This document shows, piece after piece, positions 24,740 through 38,839 of a stretch of DNA of 64,000 nt. Under the pieces are notes generated by a model, which was given only the letters and a program-made list of their open reading frames with translations, did not search any database and was not told the origin of the DNA. Within the stretch, counting starts at the first letter, position 1. The number at the start of each line of letters is the position of its first letter. The translations under genes and the position numbers were made by a program. Source of the stretch: Squalus acanthias (taxonomy: Eukaryota); NCBI GenBank assembly GCA_030390025.1, contig CM059432.1, forward strand, positions 56,732,001 to 56,796,000, given 5' to 3'.

Positions 24740-25960
24740 AGATCCTAAGATAATTATGGTTGAGGAAGGACATTTTTCCAACTTTAATTCATCCATCCAG
24801 CACATCCTAATCTCTTTCTCCACCCCCCATCCCTTTGTAGCATACAGTTGTTTCTTAAATGATTCCATGGTTTTTGCCTCCATAACTCTATCTGAATGTC
24901 TATTTCATATGTTGATCACTCTTTGTATGACGAACTTTCTGGTGTAAGTCCTAAAATTACTTTTTACTGGTTTGGACCTGTCCCTCCTCATTCTACTTCC
25001 ATGGTTTAATTTAAAGAATTATTCTGGATTAACCTTCTCTGTATCTTAAAACTCTTAAATACCTCTAAGATACTCTATAGTCTAAATACTCTGATTATAA
25101 TCGCTCAACGATTGGTGGCCGTGCCTTCTGTTGCCTAGGCCCTAAGCTCTGGAATTCCCTGCTTAAACCTCTCTACCTCTCTTTCCTCCTTTAAGACGCT
25201 CCTTAAAACCTACCTCTTTGACCAAGCTTTTGGTCATCTGCCCTAATTTCTCCTTATGTGACTTTGTGTCAAATTTTTTGTCTTATAATACTCCTATGAA
25301 GTGCCTTGGGATGTTTTTCTACGTTAAAGGCGCTATATAAATACAAGTTGTTGTTACTCTTGGACACAAAGTTTCTCCAATCTTTCCTTGTAGTGCAAAC
25401 CCCTGAAACTAGGAATTAGCCTTGTAGCTCTTCTCTGTACAGCCTCCAACCCTTGAATGTCTCTCTCGTTTCTTGGTGACCAGAACTTAATTCACTATTT
25501 AGTTGTGGCCTAATCAGAGTGCTATATAGTTTGATTACTATCTACTCTGACTTATATTCTGCTTTTTTTACTACATAGCTCAAGTTTCCATTGGCTCCTA
25601 GGTTTCTTTTTCTGTCACCCTCCGCTATTTCAACACCATTCATTGAGTAATCCTGTCATCTATTTTTGTTTTCCAATGTGTCGCACTTTATGTTCGTCTG
25701 CATTAAAATTAATCAGCCATTGTTCTTCCCACTTAAAGATCCTGTCCAACTCATGCTGTAATTTCTGAGCTGCCTCTTCCAATTCCACTACCCCTCCTAG
25801 TTTCGTCTCATCTTCAAATTTGTGCAATTTGCATTGAGCTTCTAAATCCAGGTCATTTATATAAATTAGAAACGGTAGTGGCCCCAGTTTCATTCTGACA
25901 TAACTAACTTGTTGTTTCTTGCCCTTCAACCAGTTTCTTATCCATTTATGTTCATAATTT
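24740..25960 (-). mobile_element. Old degraded CR1 with a nested + strand L2 3' end (25098-25355)
   Basis: ORF 25660-26085 has LGPLPFLIYINDLD...KFEDETKLGG. The L2 tail matches 19590-19845. Confidence 0.75.
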
Positions 25961-28164
25961 GCCTTGTGGTGAGTTTCCAGTGTTAATTGTTGCAAGCCAC
26001 CGAACAGAAGCCAGTAAATAGGGAGGTAAATAAAATAGGACAACCAGTTAACCCATGCCTCTGTTGTGCACCTCTTTGTAAACATCTATAAAATTATATT
26101 GACTGAGGTCCCTAAGCTGCATTCTGCTGTGTTGTTCAGCTTCCTGAGATAACAATGCAGGAATGATCAAATATACAAGCACATGTAATGAGAATCAACC
26201 AAGTGGCAGAGCACCTGAAAATTATTTTCACAACATTATTTAAATTTGATTGCATTCTTTAACATATAACTATTGATGATTGTAACAATCAATGTGTTTT
26301 ATTCCGTGTGATGAAAGAATGTAAGGACTTCTGTAGTCTTTTTATGAGTTTGTCCCCTTGTCTGTGGTCTGCATGATATACACGTCAAAATCATTTTCAA
26401 GTTGGTCATTTAATAACATTCCTTTTTATATTTTTTGTTCTACCATATTTCTGTTGGCAAATTCTGAACTGACTGTTGAGACTAGTTTTGTGAAATACCT
26501 GAAGCACTTTTGTTCGGCTCAAAACTGTGAGTAGCGAATAACCTAGTGCCTTGTGGCATAGTGAGAACACATTAAGTGGTAGTCAGCAAAAACCTTTAAT
26601 TATTAACTGTTATTGAACAACAGGTAAGTACAAAAATAGTAGCTAGTGTCTCCTTAACGAGTAATTATATTATCAAAATGCAAAAAAAAAGCCCTTCAGC
26701 ATTTAACAGTGTGCAACTGTTAGTGTACTAGAAATGACTGCTTTCAGATACCTGTAGTTAACATGATTGCTTTCCAGATGACAAGTAATTGTATGGAAAA
26801 TTCCCTAAAGCAACATTAGCCATAAATAAATGTTCTGCCTCTGGAGGCCACGGTTAAGCTGTTGATGGTGTGCAGTAACTGCTCAAATCCAGAGATAAAT
26901 GTGATGTTATCGGCCATGATCTATCAAACATCCGGTAATCTAAATTGAAGTGCTGCTCTGAGGCAATTAACTGATCACCTGCAATTACCTCATCTATTCA
27001 TAGTTTAATATCTTCTTCTGGTAGTTGCTAATAAGTAAACCCAATTAAATCAGCACTGCAGCATTATGATTGCAAAGGAATTACTGTACTTAAATGCACA
27101 AATATGAGTTCAGTGATAATTAGTTCTAATATAACACTGGTAGATCATGTATTAGTTAAGAAACCCATTGGTTACTGTCAGCGTAGCTATTCTCATTGGT
27201 AATGTTACAAATATGTTAAAACTTAATATAGGAAGATTTGAGTTTTATTTAGGATGAAGGCATTTTGCATCAGTTAAAATTGTAGGTTTAGGGCAGGTTA
27301 GATGACTAATTTCATTTTTACATTATCAGGCTAATACAGTGTTAGTCTGGCACAAGTTGTCGAGGGTGAAAAAAAGTCATGTCACCAAGATAGCTATTGT
27401 ATAAGTAGAATGCACACTGAGGGTAATAACCCACTTGTGTTATGGGCAATATGAGATATAGTTTTGCAATGGCTAAACCTAATCTCTTAGCAGAAACCCT
27501 TACCTGCTTAATCAGCTCCACTTTAACATATATGCACCAGAGATAATAAATCCAAATTAATTTGTTACACTTTCATTTTAGAATTGCATGGACATTTTTT
27601 TATTTATTGTGGACTGTGGTTTAAAAAAAATCAAATTAATATATTTTGGAATAAAGTTGTTTAGTGCATGCAAAGCATTCTTCTTCCCATGTTTACCACT
27701 TTTTCTTCCCCTTTAATGTTCTCCATATGGTACAAGGGAACAAGGAGATCTTGAACCTCTTCTCCTTTGCCAGCATTGCATTGCAACTGACTTGAAGATA
27801 TATGTGATAATTTGTGTGGCTCTCCCTCTGTCCCATACTGTGACAAATGTACCTTCCCATGTGGCATATTTAAACTTAGAAATTCACTCTACAGGAATCA
27901 TAGGTGCAAAGCCAGGTCCTATTACTATGATGTGCATTGTATTGATACACCAACATGCCACTGGGCCAGTTGCAGACCTAAACAGGCAAAGTATTTTGTA
28001 ACTAATGGATTTCATTTGATAGAGTAATCCTTTTTAAGAATTGGTTAATGAAACAGAAATTGGAAGAAAAGCAATACTGCAACATCAAAGACAACTCTGT
28101 TAAGCCTACAAACACTGCAGTGGCAAATTTAAAAACATCTAACATTTTATTCCAAAAGTTTGCA

Positions 28165-28183
28165 TTTCCTTAACTTTTTGTAC
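28165..28183 (+). promoter_or_regulatory. U12 branch site TTTCCTTAAC and TAC 3' splice site
   Basis: Consensus branch sequence ends 9 nt before the exon; AC at 28182-28183. Confidence 0.92.
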
Positions 28184-28274
28184 CCATCTCTTAATCGTGA
28201 AGGAGAAGCAAGTGTGGAAGGAGTTCTCAATCAACTGGTGCAGGAACATTTACAGCTAGCTCCTCTGCAGTGGG
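28184..28274 (+). CDS. TRAPPC9: TRAPPC9 internal coding exon, 91 bp
   Basis: [30 protein letters not shown](D) versus recalled human [31 protein letters not shown]; followed by canonical donor gtgagt. Confidence 0.93.
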
Positions 28275-31200
28275 GTGAGTACCAAAAATGCCAGTTTGGG
28301 AAGCTCGAACTAACAGTGAATCTATGAGAATTGCCAAATATGAGTCTGTTACTTATTAGTTGGTTGTTTTACATTTTAATCCCTGCTGGAGATGTTTTGT
28401 AACTCTAAAGTAATTTGTTGAGGTAGGAACTATTTTGGTGACATCAAACATGTGCATTTGGTATTTGTAGTCTTTGGTTTCTAATAATGAAATGGCTATA
28501 GTTGGTTACGTGGTTGATTAGATTAAGTCTGTATTTGTAGGTCACTCTTGTTTTTCCTTTGGATAAAGAAATTTGAAAAGTCGATTTGTTATTTAGCACG
28601 AGCCAATTTTTGCTTAAAATGTTGCATCTAAATCAAAATATTTGGTTTTAAGATTTTTTTTCCAAATTTGGTAAGGAAGAAACGAGATGAAGTGAAAGTG
28701 ATAACAATATAATTTGTAAACCTGGTTCACCAAAGTGTTATCAGTTGTATTGGAATTAAAATTTCTCTATCTTCATTTTTTATTAAAAACAGAATAAATA
28801 AGTTTTAGATCATAAACTGGCAAACGTATCCAAACACTAAAAGTAACAGCTGTTGCTGGTTACACTCCAATTGACTTTGATTAACCTGAGATTTGTTATC
28901 CAAAATTGTAAACATAAACATTTTTTAAGCAACATTTTGGCTACTGATTGGCAAATTATGTTTAGTGTGGATAAATATAAGGTAATCCATGTTGGCGTGT
29001 GAGTGCTTTTATTCTGAAATTAGTAAATATGAAATTAGTGGTTTTCTTGATAAAAGAATGTGGGATCCTGAAAGATGTCTTAGCACTGTAAGATGGTAAG
29101 ACTGTTACTTGATGAAGAGTCTGTGAATCTTTTCAAATTGGCATTTGATGCATTTCTGTCGTACAATGAAGGAAGGAGAGGCGTACATTTAAATCTAGAG
29201 GAAAAATGAGGCAAGACGAGCTAAGGTTTTGAGAGACAAAAAATCCAAGGAGAATAATGCAAGAGAGCTGCCAGCAAAATCTATCCATTAGCTGGAATAA
29301 ATCTGATGGGATTCATGTTTTTTTGTGTTATGATAGATATAGGTGCAGTGTTTATTGAAATAAATATTTTAAACAGTTGGTGGTATTTTCAGCAGTGAAA
29401 AACCTTTTATTAAATGCGTGAATGGTATATTAAAGATCAGTTACTGAAAGGAAAACTTACATATTTGTAAGAGCGAAATATTCACAGAGATTAACAAAAT
29501 CCATCTGGCTATAGTTTTAAGCATTTATCAATGTCTTGCTTTTAGTAAATTTTCAAATTATGTTGCAATGAAAAATGTAAATTTGGCTATTTGGTTCAGT
29601 TGTAAAGAGTCAGTACTTTGGCATCATGTGGAATTGAAGAAATTCAGAACTGGTCTGATTGGAAATTCTAACCAAGAAAATGCAACGCAGCTGTTGTACT
29701 AGATATTGTAGTTGTTAAAGCCTAAGTGTTGATATGCATCTATACTTGAGTTGATAAACAATAGTAACAAACCATAGTTTGTCTCTCTTAATGTTATAAA
29801 TTAAAGATAACATACCATGGTTAATCTAGAGATCAGCTGTATCTTCCAAGATAATACTGCTATGTATTTGATCATAGTTGTGTTGCCAGGTTGCTATTGA
29901 ACTTTCTGCACCACACAAATTACCATTTGTTCGAAATAAGAACCATTCATTGCATTGAATACTTTACAGCATCAATTAACAAAAGGTCAACTGAGACAAG
30001 ATTGCTGTGTAGCAGTATCAAATATTATACTAATGCTTACCAGTCTGTAAAAAGTCAAGAAATGTATACACTATTGGTAAAAGACGTTTTTATTTTCTTA
30101 AAAAAACACATCTAGGACTTGTATTTCTTTTTTTCTAGTCTTTGTCAAAGTGTGCAGTTAGAAAAGCATTTCATAAATGTAATTGTGTTGAATGAAGCAC
30201 GTACATGTTTGATTATAAACCCACTTTAGAGTATTACATTTAGTATTTAGCCATTTAACTATCAAACTACCAGTGACAGCATTTATTACATTAATTATAT
30301 GAAGCATCTGAATATTGAGCAGAGTAATGGATAACATTAAAAGGGTGCATCATTCAGAATAATTTGTTTTTTGGTTTTATTGCAATGACCTCTACTCTAC
30401 ACATATTGTGCTAATAGCAACTAATTTCAGTTATTCTGTGCCACTGTGCATTTATATTGTGTAATGAATTTGTGATTTTGGATGTGCCTAATGTGTTTTT
30501 TAAGGCCATGAATACATATTGGTGAGTTTTTGGGCTAGCTTGGATCCTGCAACAGCCTGAACTGCTGAGCTATCATATTAAACGTTTACAGTGAATAAAT
30601 GTATTTGTTATATTTTTATTAGTTTCAATAAAAACTGATGTATTTGTAAGCTCACTAGCTCATGTCAGTTTGATCATCTCATTGTAAGCTCTTTTGACAA
30701 ATATGACAGAATTGTGGTGCCGCAATAAGGTAGGACATGGTTTCATAACTGTGGTTCTAGTGCTGAGTTCTTAAGCTTTTTCATGCTATTGTGGAGACAT
30801 CAAGCAAATGGCAGGTACTTCCTCAGAGACAGAGAAGAAAAATTGCAGTTTGGGTAATGCTCGGCTGGCTATAGAACAGAATGGGTTGAAGTGGCTTCTG
30901 TTAGGGTTCAAATAATGTTTACAAAACCACTCGAGCAGATTCATGATATCTGAATTCTTTATTGTCATTCAGCCTTCTAGTAGATTCTGGTTCGTAAATT
31001 CTTTTGTAATTCGCTATTCAAAAATATCTGGTAATATTTCAAAAATCTTATTCTGTGAATTAATGATGATGAAATGTATCTTTTCTGAAGCTCTTCCATC
31101 ATGTGGTTTTACAAAAAGAATTGAAAACCATGAGATCAACTAAATCATAAAATTCAGGAAATACACAGGTCAGTCAATATTTGTAAAGAGAAAAGACAAG

Positions 31201-31641
31201 TTAATGTTTGGGCGTATACCTTTCATCAGAACTGAAAACAAAAAACAAAGCAAAAATGTTATTAAGGTTGGAAACAACAGAGTTAAAGGAGAGGAGGAAA
31301 ACAACACACTTCAATTACAAGCAATTTTATGACCTGCAAACTTCCTCTTTTGTAGACACAAGTTATATGAACTCTCTATTCTGTCGTCTAGCCAGGCAAA
31401 GTGGAGATCCGGTGCTTACATGCACAAAGCTCTCTTTACTGGCATCCGTATGCTGGTTAAGTTTAAAAGGTAGCAACAGTCATCTCTTTGCCAATATTAA
31501 ATATTTTAAAAGAGATCACCTGGAAACTTAAAAAATTTGATTTGCACCAGTTGTGGTTAGTCTGCAAGTAACGTGAATTTGAAGCAACTCTTGCCAGATT
31601 GTGATGCGGCCGCGATCTCCTTTCCAGTGATTGTAAATAAT

Positions 31642-32422
31642 GGGCCGAATTTTGCTCTCAGCGGTGAACGAATGGCGCCAGCCGTTCATTCCATTTGCAC
31701 TTACCCACAGACTTTCTATGAGGATTTGCACTGGAACATACTGCAATTAGAAAGCCATTTCATCGCAGCGCCGCGCCCTCTACAGGTGATTTGGGACCTG
31801 CGTGAATAGGGCAAACAATTGTGTATCTCCTTAATCAATCAGATTGAACAATCGTTAATGAGCAGCGCAGAGTCTGAACCAGGAAGCGTCAGTTTGAATA
31901 TTTAATTCAATGTCAAATCAGTTATAGAAAGCAAAATAAAGAGAGGAAAAGAAAGCTGGGATTAAGAGAGCGCGATAAAAGAGACAGAAAGACAAAGTAA
32001 AAAAAAACATTTTCTTAACTTTTTTTTATTTTTTGAAATCTCCAACAATAACTAAAATCTGAAAGAATGAAATGCCATACTTGTAAAAGATAACTTTCAG
32101 TGCCAGAGGGGTTGTTTGTCAGTAATTAAGACTTATCACGCCGTTAAAAATTTAGTTACATTGGAATGGATAAACCCTAATTTTTTTCTGGTGAGTTTAG
32201 TGGGTATATATCACATAAGTACAGAAACTTCACACGTTCCATGTGCTTCAATGCTGAGTCTCTCGGTGAGATACTGTTATGGCACAACTTCTGGAGGAGC
32301 TGGGGAACTCAGACAGCGTTTAGCTGTGCATTTGCAGTCGCTGGAAGTTGCTGACCAATTTACACTTTAATAACGGTGAGTGCTGTTGGCCTCGTCGTTA
32401 TTTCTACAGCAAAATCTGGCCC
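31642..32422. mobile_element. Harbinger-like MITE, 781 bp
   Basis: TIRs gggccgaattttgct / agcaaaatctggccc; TSD AAT. Confidence 0.82.
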
Positions 32423-33137
32423 AATGTGAATTGATGCAAAGCTAAAAGTGCACCACTGAAACTAGTATAACTGACCTGAAAAAGTGTTATCCATTTTCAG
32501 ACTTCAGCCTTGTGACCCTAGGAAACTACGCTGCTGGCTGGGTGTGCAGAGTACCCAATTTGAGGTGCCCAGTTTCTACATTTTAGCATGTTTCCAGCCC
32601 AGATTGCAAACTGACACCTACTGTACCACTTAGTTCAGCATTCACTAAATTACAGAAATTTGCAAGTGCTAACTATATAAAACTCTCAATTCTACACAGT
32701 CTTGATGAGTGAGCCAAGTCCACGTTCCTAATTAAATAATTTGTCATTTATCCTAATAATGAAAAAGAGAGAAAAAACTGCAAATGCTGGAAACCAGAAA
32801 CAGAATAAAAGTTCTGGCAATTCAACAGCAGATCTATCAGCATCTGTAAAGAGGAAAGAAAAGTTAGCATTTTAGGTGTAACCCTTCATCAGAAATATTA
32901 ATTTGTCTCTATCCCTTAATGGATGCTGATAGACCTGTTATTTACTTCCAGCATTTTCGAGTTATGTAAGTTCAATTTGCCAGCAGTTATTAAAATGCAG
33001 AAGTGCTAATTGCATAACTATTTAATTTTAATCATAACTCCCAGACTGTTCAATAATGAACTAAAAATAAAGCTGAGTCATCCAGTTGTACAATTAAATC
33101 TTTATCTAGGTATATGACATCAGAACTAGTGTAATTT

Positions 33138-33380
33138 TCCGTGCCTTCTGTTGCCTAGGCCCTAAGCTCTGGAATTCCCTGCCTAAACCTCTCCGCCTCT
33201 CTACCCCTCTCTCCTCCTTTAAGACACTCCTTAAAACCTAACTCTTTGATCAAGCTTTTGGTCACCTGCCCCAATTTCGCCTTATGTGGCTGGGTGTCAA
33301 ATTTTTTATCTTATAATACTCCTGTGGAGCGCCTTGGGACGTTTTACTACGTTAAAGGCGCTATAAAATACAAGTTGTTA
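33138..33380 (+). mobile_element. L2 3' end
   Basis: Matches 25118-25355 and 19615-19845. Confidence 0.85.
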
Positions 33381-33627
33381 TGTAGGAAACGTGGCAGCCA
33401 ATTTGCACAGCAAACTCCCACAAACAGCAATGTGATAATGACCAGATAATCTGTTTTAGTGATGTTGATTGAGGGATAAATATTGGCTAGGCCACTAGGT
33501 ATAATTCCCCTGTTCTTCTTCGAAATAATGCCTCAGGATCTTTTACGTTCACCTGAGAGGGCAGATTGGGCCTTTGTTTAACGTCTCATCCGAAAGACGG
33601 CACCTCCAAATGTGCAGCACTCCCTCT
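33381..33627 (-). mobile_element. DeuSINE (SacSINE1/AmnSINE-like) body fragment
   Basis: Reverse complement of the SINE body at 43545-43790. Confidence 0.75.
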
Positions 33628-33737
33628 ATTCTCTTTGTAAACATATTAAATCATTTTTCCCCCTAGTATTATTTGAGTGGCCTGCCAGTTGAGGTCCCAG
33701 TCCAACAATGGAGAGATACTTCTAAAATGGGAATGTG

Positions 33738-34630
33738 TCTCAGTTGGTAGCACCCTTGCCTCTGAGTCAGAGGGTTGTGGGTACAAGTTCCACTCCAGAG
33801 ACTTGAGCACAAAAATCTAGGCTGACACTCCTAGTGCAGTACTATATTTATCCCTCAATCAACATCACTAACAAAACAAAATTGCTCACTATTCCAGAAT
33901 CATTCTGGAATGCAAAGATAAACCCCGGCTTCTATATTCCAGTGCTAACCGTCTTCTTAAACCCCTTTCCCCTGTCTCCTCTGCTCTTGCCTCCAACAAC
34001 AAGTGTGAGGATTCATGGACTTCTTTGTCTCTAAGATTGAGACCATCCGTTCAGCTGCCTCTGCCACTTCACTTTCTTCCCCTAGCCCACCGGGCCAAGG
34101 TTCCCCCCTGCCCTATCCCTGAACTCACATCTTTCTCCAGTTCTCTCCGATCTCCCCTCATGACCTCTCCACGCTCACCTTGTCTATGAGATCCACTTCC
34201 TGCTCCCTCGACCCTATTCCCATCAAACTGCTGAGCACCCAACTTCCTTTTCTGGCTCCCATGTTAGCTGACATTGTTAACGGTCCTCTCTCCTCAGGTA
34301 CTGTCCCCCTCTCCTCAAAAAACCAACCCTTGACCCCTCCGTCCTTGCAAACTACCGCCCCATCTCCAACCTCCCTTTCCTCTCCTTGAACATGATGTCA
34401 CCTCCCAAATCCGTGCCCATCTTTCCCGCAATTCCATGTTTGAATCCCTCCAATCAGGTTTCCGTCCTTGCCACAGTACCGAAACGGCTCTCATCAAAGT
34501 CACAAATGACATCCTTTGTGACTGTGACAAAGGTGGTAACAGTGACTACACTTCAAAAAGTACTTCAAAAGCGCTTTGGGACGTCCAATAGTCATGAAAG
34601 GCGCTATATAAATGCAAGTCTTTCTTTTTT
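33738..34630 (+). mobile_element. SINE head + internal L2 RT fragment + SINE tail composite
   Basis: tRNA-like head ctcagttggtagcac...ctgagtcag; L2 peptides TSCSLDPIP and NYRPISNL; tail aaggcgctatataaatgcaagtctttc. Confidence 0.7.
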
Positions 34631-34809
34631 TCCTTTATTATTATGATCTACATTTATACTGAACAGCCTGGACAATACAGCTCAGACCTTGTTTGTTTTG
34701 GCTTCAGCCACCTGATACTGCTTGAACCATTCGAGAGTGGTCAATGACCATTTCCAAGTCTGTGTCTTTTTGTCAACTTTAACCTACACCCATCATGCAT
34801 TGTATTTGC

Positions 34810-35010
34810 GAACGCCATGATGAACTTTATCACATATATACGGAGATTGAACATAAGTCACAATCTCAAAGAACGGCTCTACCACGCATTAGTAATATCC
34901 ATATTTAAATTTGGTTCAGAAACATGGATACACACCGAGGAATCGATGGATTTGATTCTAGATCGCGTCACACACTATCAAAGGTTAAACCTCAGAACAA
35001 GATCTTAAAT
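34810..35010 (+). mobile_element. Old RTE-like LINE fragment
   Basis: LKERLYHALVISIFKFGSETW resembles the RTE C-terminal K-R-LY...YGSETW motif. Confidence 0.5.
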
Positions 35011-35329
35011 GAGACTATGCAGCCTGACTAATCAGCTACTGCTGTTCTGGTCGATTGATTGTTACCAACTCCTCTTGTGTGGATACCTTGTGCGCTACGT
35101 CGAGTCTGACCTTGCCACAGCATTCACCACCAAACCACTACCAATATGAAAGAAGCAACGAGGCTGAAATCAGAAAAATATAGAATGTAAACATAAAAAT
35201 ACTCTTTAACAGCATAGGCCTTACTGCCGATGAGGCACAAGTAAGAGCCCTAAACCGCATTGGTTGGAAGAATCTGATAGCTGCAACATCCTCTTATGGA
35301 TAAGCCCCAAGTCGACGATGTCTCATATT

Positions 35330-35960
35330 ATACTCTAACCGAATTCTGTGCACATTAGCTACATTGAAGCCTCTTACCACTTCTACCCAAATTTAGTTGC
35401 AATCTATTTACTTCTTCTAAGGCCCTGACTCTAGCTCACAGTTTATCATCTGTGAATTTACTAACTGCACTATCTATGCCATGCTCTACATCTTTAATAA
35501 TAAACAGAAGAGGTCCCAGTATCAAACGCTTTGGTACCCCACGACTGATATTGAGAAGCAACTCCATTTAAAACCTTTTGCATAGGGTCTTTTAAGAAAT
35601 TTAAATCCATCTCGCAATATCACCCTTGACTCCTTGGAAATTAATTTTAGCACACAGTTGATCATGTGACATTTTATTGAAAGTTTTTTGGAAATCCATG
35701 TATATCACCCTGATCTAATATTCTAGTGACTTCTTCAAAAAACTGAATCAGGTTGGTTAAACATGACTTCCCTTTTCTGTAGCCGTGTTAAATTTTCCCT
35801 ATATAGCCCAAGCAATCTTAGTGATCATTAATAGCAATGATGCTTTCCATTAATTTTCCTACTACTGAGATTAAATTCAGCAGTCTATAGTTGATGAGTT
35901 GTGATTTGAATCCCTTTTTAAATAAAGGCACCATATACACCTTCTTCCAAACATTCATTA
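35330..35960 (-). mobile_element. Highly degraded CR1 RT fragment
   Basis: Reverse-complement remnants of the DFQK/KGKSCLT/NYR regions (gttttttggaaatcc, aaacatgacttcccttt, tctatagtt). Confidence 0.6.
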
Positions 35961-38088
35961 CACCAACTACAATGCTCATTGGTTAAATGTAGCCAAATAT
36001 AATGAAGCATGTATAACTGTTGGGACAGGGACATCTGCGTACTCATTTTATAACTGTACTCGACGTATGCCAATTACATTAGTTGTTATACATTACTCTC
36101 CCTGATGTACTGTGGCCTCTGTTTTGCTCAATATTTAAGGTTCCCAAATTCACAAAAAAATCTGTTTGCAGTGCATCACTCTCTGCAGCTCCCAAAGACA
36201 TTCTTTTGGAGACTGTCCACTATACTACATAAGTTACAAAATCACATAACATCCTTTTCATTAATCAGAAGTAGGACTGAGAAAAACAAGACAAATTTGA
36301 AACTGGGCTGTTGGGAAATTAGTCGAGTTTTGCAACATCAAATAACTGTTTGTTAAACAAGCAGCTGTACCTCTTACACCTATAGATGTTTCCAGGCAAC
36401 AATAATTTATCAGGTGTTACCAAGACAGCTTCCTTTATTATGAACATCTGTTTCCAGCATATGTATTAATCAGCATTGGGTTCTCTTGATATCTTGCAAT
36501 GGCTTTCCTCTGTTTACTGTATTCTATTGCATAACTCTAAACAGCAAGGATTTGAATAAAAACATCCAGAAATTGCTTGGTATATTATGCCACTTTTGTA
36601 CTGCACTGTGATATTTGAGGAAATAACACAGTGAATTGATAAAGGAAATATAGTGGATGTTGTATAGATGGATTTTCAAAATGTAATTGACAAGGTGCCA
36701 CAGAGGAGGTTTGTTGGTAAAATTAAGGCATACAGGGGTGGAGTTGTGTTGGTTTTTCCAGCACACTTCACCCAAAATTGGTCAAACCAGTGCAAAAGAT
36801 TGAGGAATATCAAGCACATGTTACGTTCAGCGCAAATCTAGTTTCTGCTATCTTTTGTGCTGGTTTAAAGAACATCGTGCTGCAAGCCGGCCTTGCCCAC
36901 TAAACTGGCCACGCCACATTTTGAATTAGTAACCATGGCAAGTTTCTGCTAATTGCGCCTGTTTGCAGGCCATCGAGGAGGCTCTTAAAATTAAGCCTTT
37001 TTTTAGGCGCAAGTACACTAATAGGCGCCTTTTAAATATGAAAACATTTAATTTACTAAGAAACTGACTACTATACACCAATGAAACTAGTAAATGGTTT
37101 TGTATAGTTTTTTTAAGTCATTTTCAGTTATTTAAGTTGGATTACTCACAGGTGGTGGACTAGTTCACTTGGAATGTAGTGAATTCTACATGTATACATA
37201 ACTACAGTACTCCACAATTTCTGTAACACTATCAGCATTGGATAGATTTGATTGTTCGGATCATCTTGATTGTACTCCCGCTTCCGTGAGAGAAAATATT
37301 AAAGACAGTAAGGTGTAATGACACAATAGAAAAATGATTTCTACCACTTTAATCAGTAATGATGTATTGAGTTTAATTATTAGGCTTGTGCTCTCATCAG
37401 TTTAGTTAGTTTCCTCTTTGTATGACTAAAGCAGGGGAAAATCACTGAGTCATCACAAGATAAATTTACCCTTTAGGAGTGTATTCCAGATTATTAGATT
37501 TGTAGTCAATTATTGAGTAATCTATCTGAGCTCCTGTAATTTATATACACTACATTTGTGATACAGGCAAGTAACATTGTCCTGTTAACACAGATAGACA
37601 AGTTAAACATCCAATTCAGTTCGTTAGTTAGTTCCTTTACGTTGGAAGCATAACTTTTACAAGATAGATATTACACACTGTTATGCTATCAAATGCTAAG
37701 AAGCATTGGCAATGCTGCTTTTCAGTTAGCTCTGAGAGATGTAGAAGAGTAGCCCTAAGTGACTCACCAGCCAATTATTCCCTTCATCTGAGAGCATCTT
37801 ACACCTTCACTGAGAGCAGGAGTTTGATGTTTGAGTAATTGCAGGTGTGGAACTTCATCCTACTACTCGATGATACAGCGCATTGGAATAGAAATCAGAT
37901 CTTGCCCACATTTTTTGAACATTGTAAAATGGTGAATTCAGCAAACCTTTTTTACACCTAAAATAAACTCTCCACCTAATAATCCCAGAAATTTTAAAAG
38001 ATGTAAACTGGAAATGTGCCAGCATTATTTCTCAGGAGGGAAGTTTGCACCATTTTTAATAATAACATCACAGGCCAAGGAATATATT

Positions 38089-38839
38089 GGCCTGTATTTT
38101 CCGATCGGAGACTTCCTGCGTGCGGAGGCCTCCGATCTGGAAAAAATCTACGCCCTTACCTGAGGGCTCCAGAGGTCCGGCCATTTCCGCTCCTGGGCCT
38201 CTGCTCTACAAAATGCGCAGGGCCCAGGTATCCCAGGGCGCATGCGGTTCGCAAGCGTCCCTGGGATCACATGGGCCATGGGGAACCAATGGGAGAAGGG
38301 AATCTCCCTTCATATTTTTGACAAGTAGACCTGTCAAAAGTATGAATGGAGATCACTCCAAAAACACATCAAAACATTAAATAAGTTTTTAAAAAATCAC
38401 GTTTTTAAAATTAGTTAAAATTACATTAAATTAAATATTTTAAACAAATTTCATTTTTTGAAAAAAATTGAAGTTTTTTACAGGGCTAAAAATAAACTTA
38501 CCTTTTTAAAAAGTATTTTTAAATTATAAATGAGTGGGGAATTTTTTTTTTTACTTTTTTAAACTCTTATGCTGGTAAAAGCAGGCCTTATGCCTGCTTT
38601 TACCAGGTGTAAGATTTTTAAGGGATTTCAGCGGGCGGAGGTTCTGCAGAAAGCGGAACTCTCCACCCGCAGAGGCCCTTCTCCAGTGCAGGAGTGTGAT
38701 CTGTCAAGAGGATTCTTGACGGATCGGAAATGCCGGTTGTCAGCGCATGCGCTTCGCATGCCTGAAACCGGCACTTGCGAGATCCCTACGGGTGTGTACA
38801 CACCTCATACACACCCGTAGGCATTGGAAAATACAGGCC
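38089..38839. mobile_element. Harbinger-like MITE, 751 bp, relative of 8515-9265 in opposite orientation
   Basis: Perfect 14-bp TIR ggcctgtattttcc; TSD ATT; shared block ccctgggatcacatgggccatgg. Confidence 0.88.

Larger units (their letters stand above)
2396..28183 (+). other. TRAPPC9: U12-type AT-AC intron of TRAPPC9, 25,788 bp
   Basis: AT...AC termini, consensus donor and branch site, and an in-frame join [13 protein letters not shown]. Confidence 0.9.

Noticed and set aside
36735..37080. Possible additional MITE following a CR1 fragment
   Set aside because: No right TIR or TSD could be identified.
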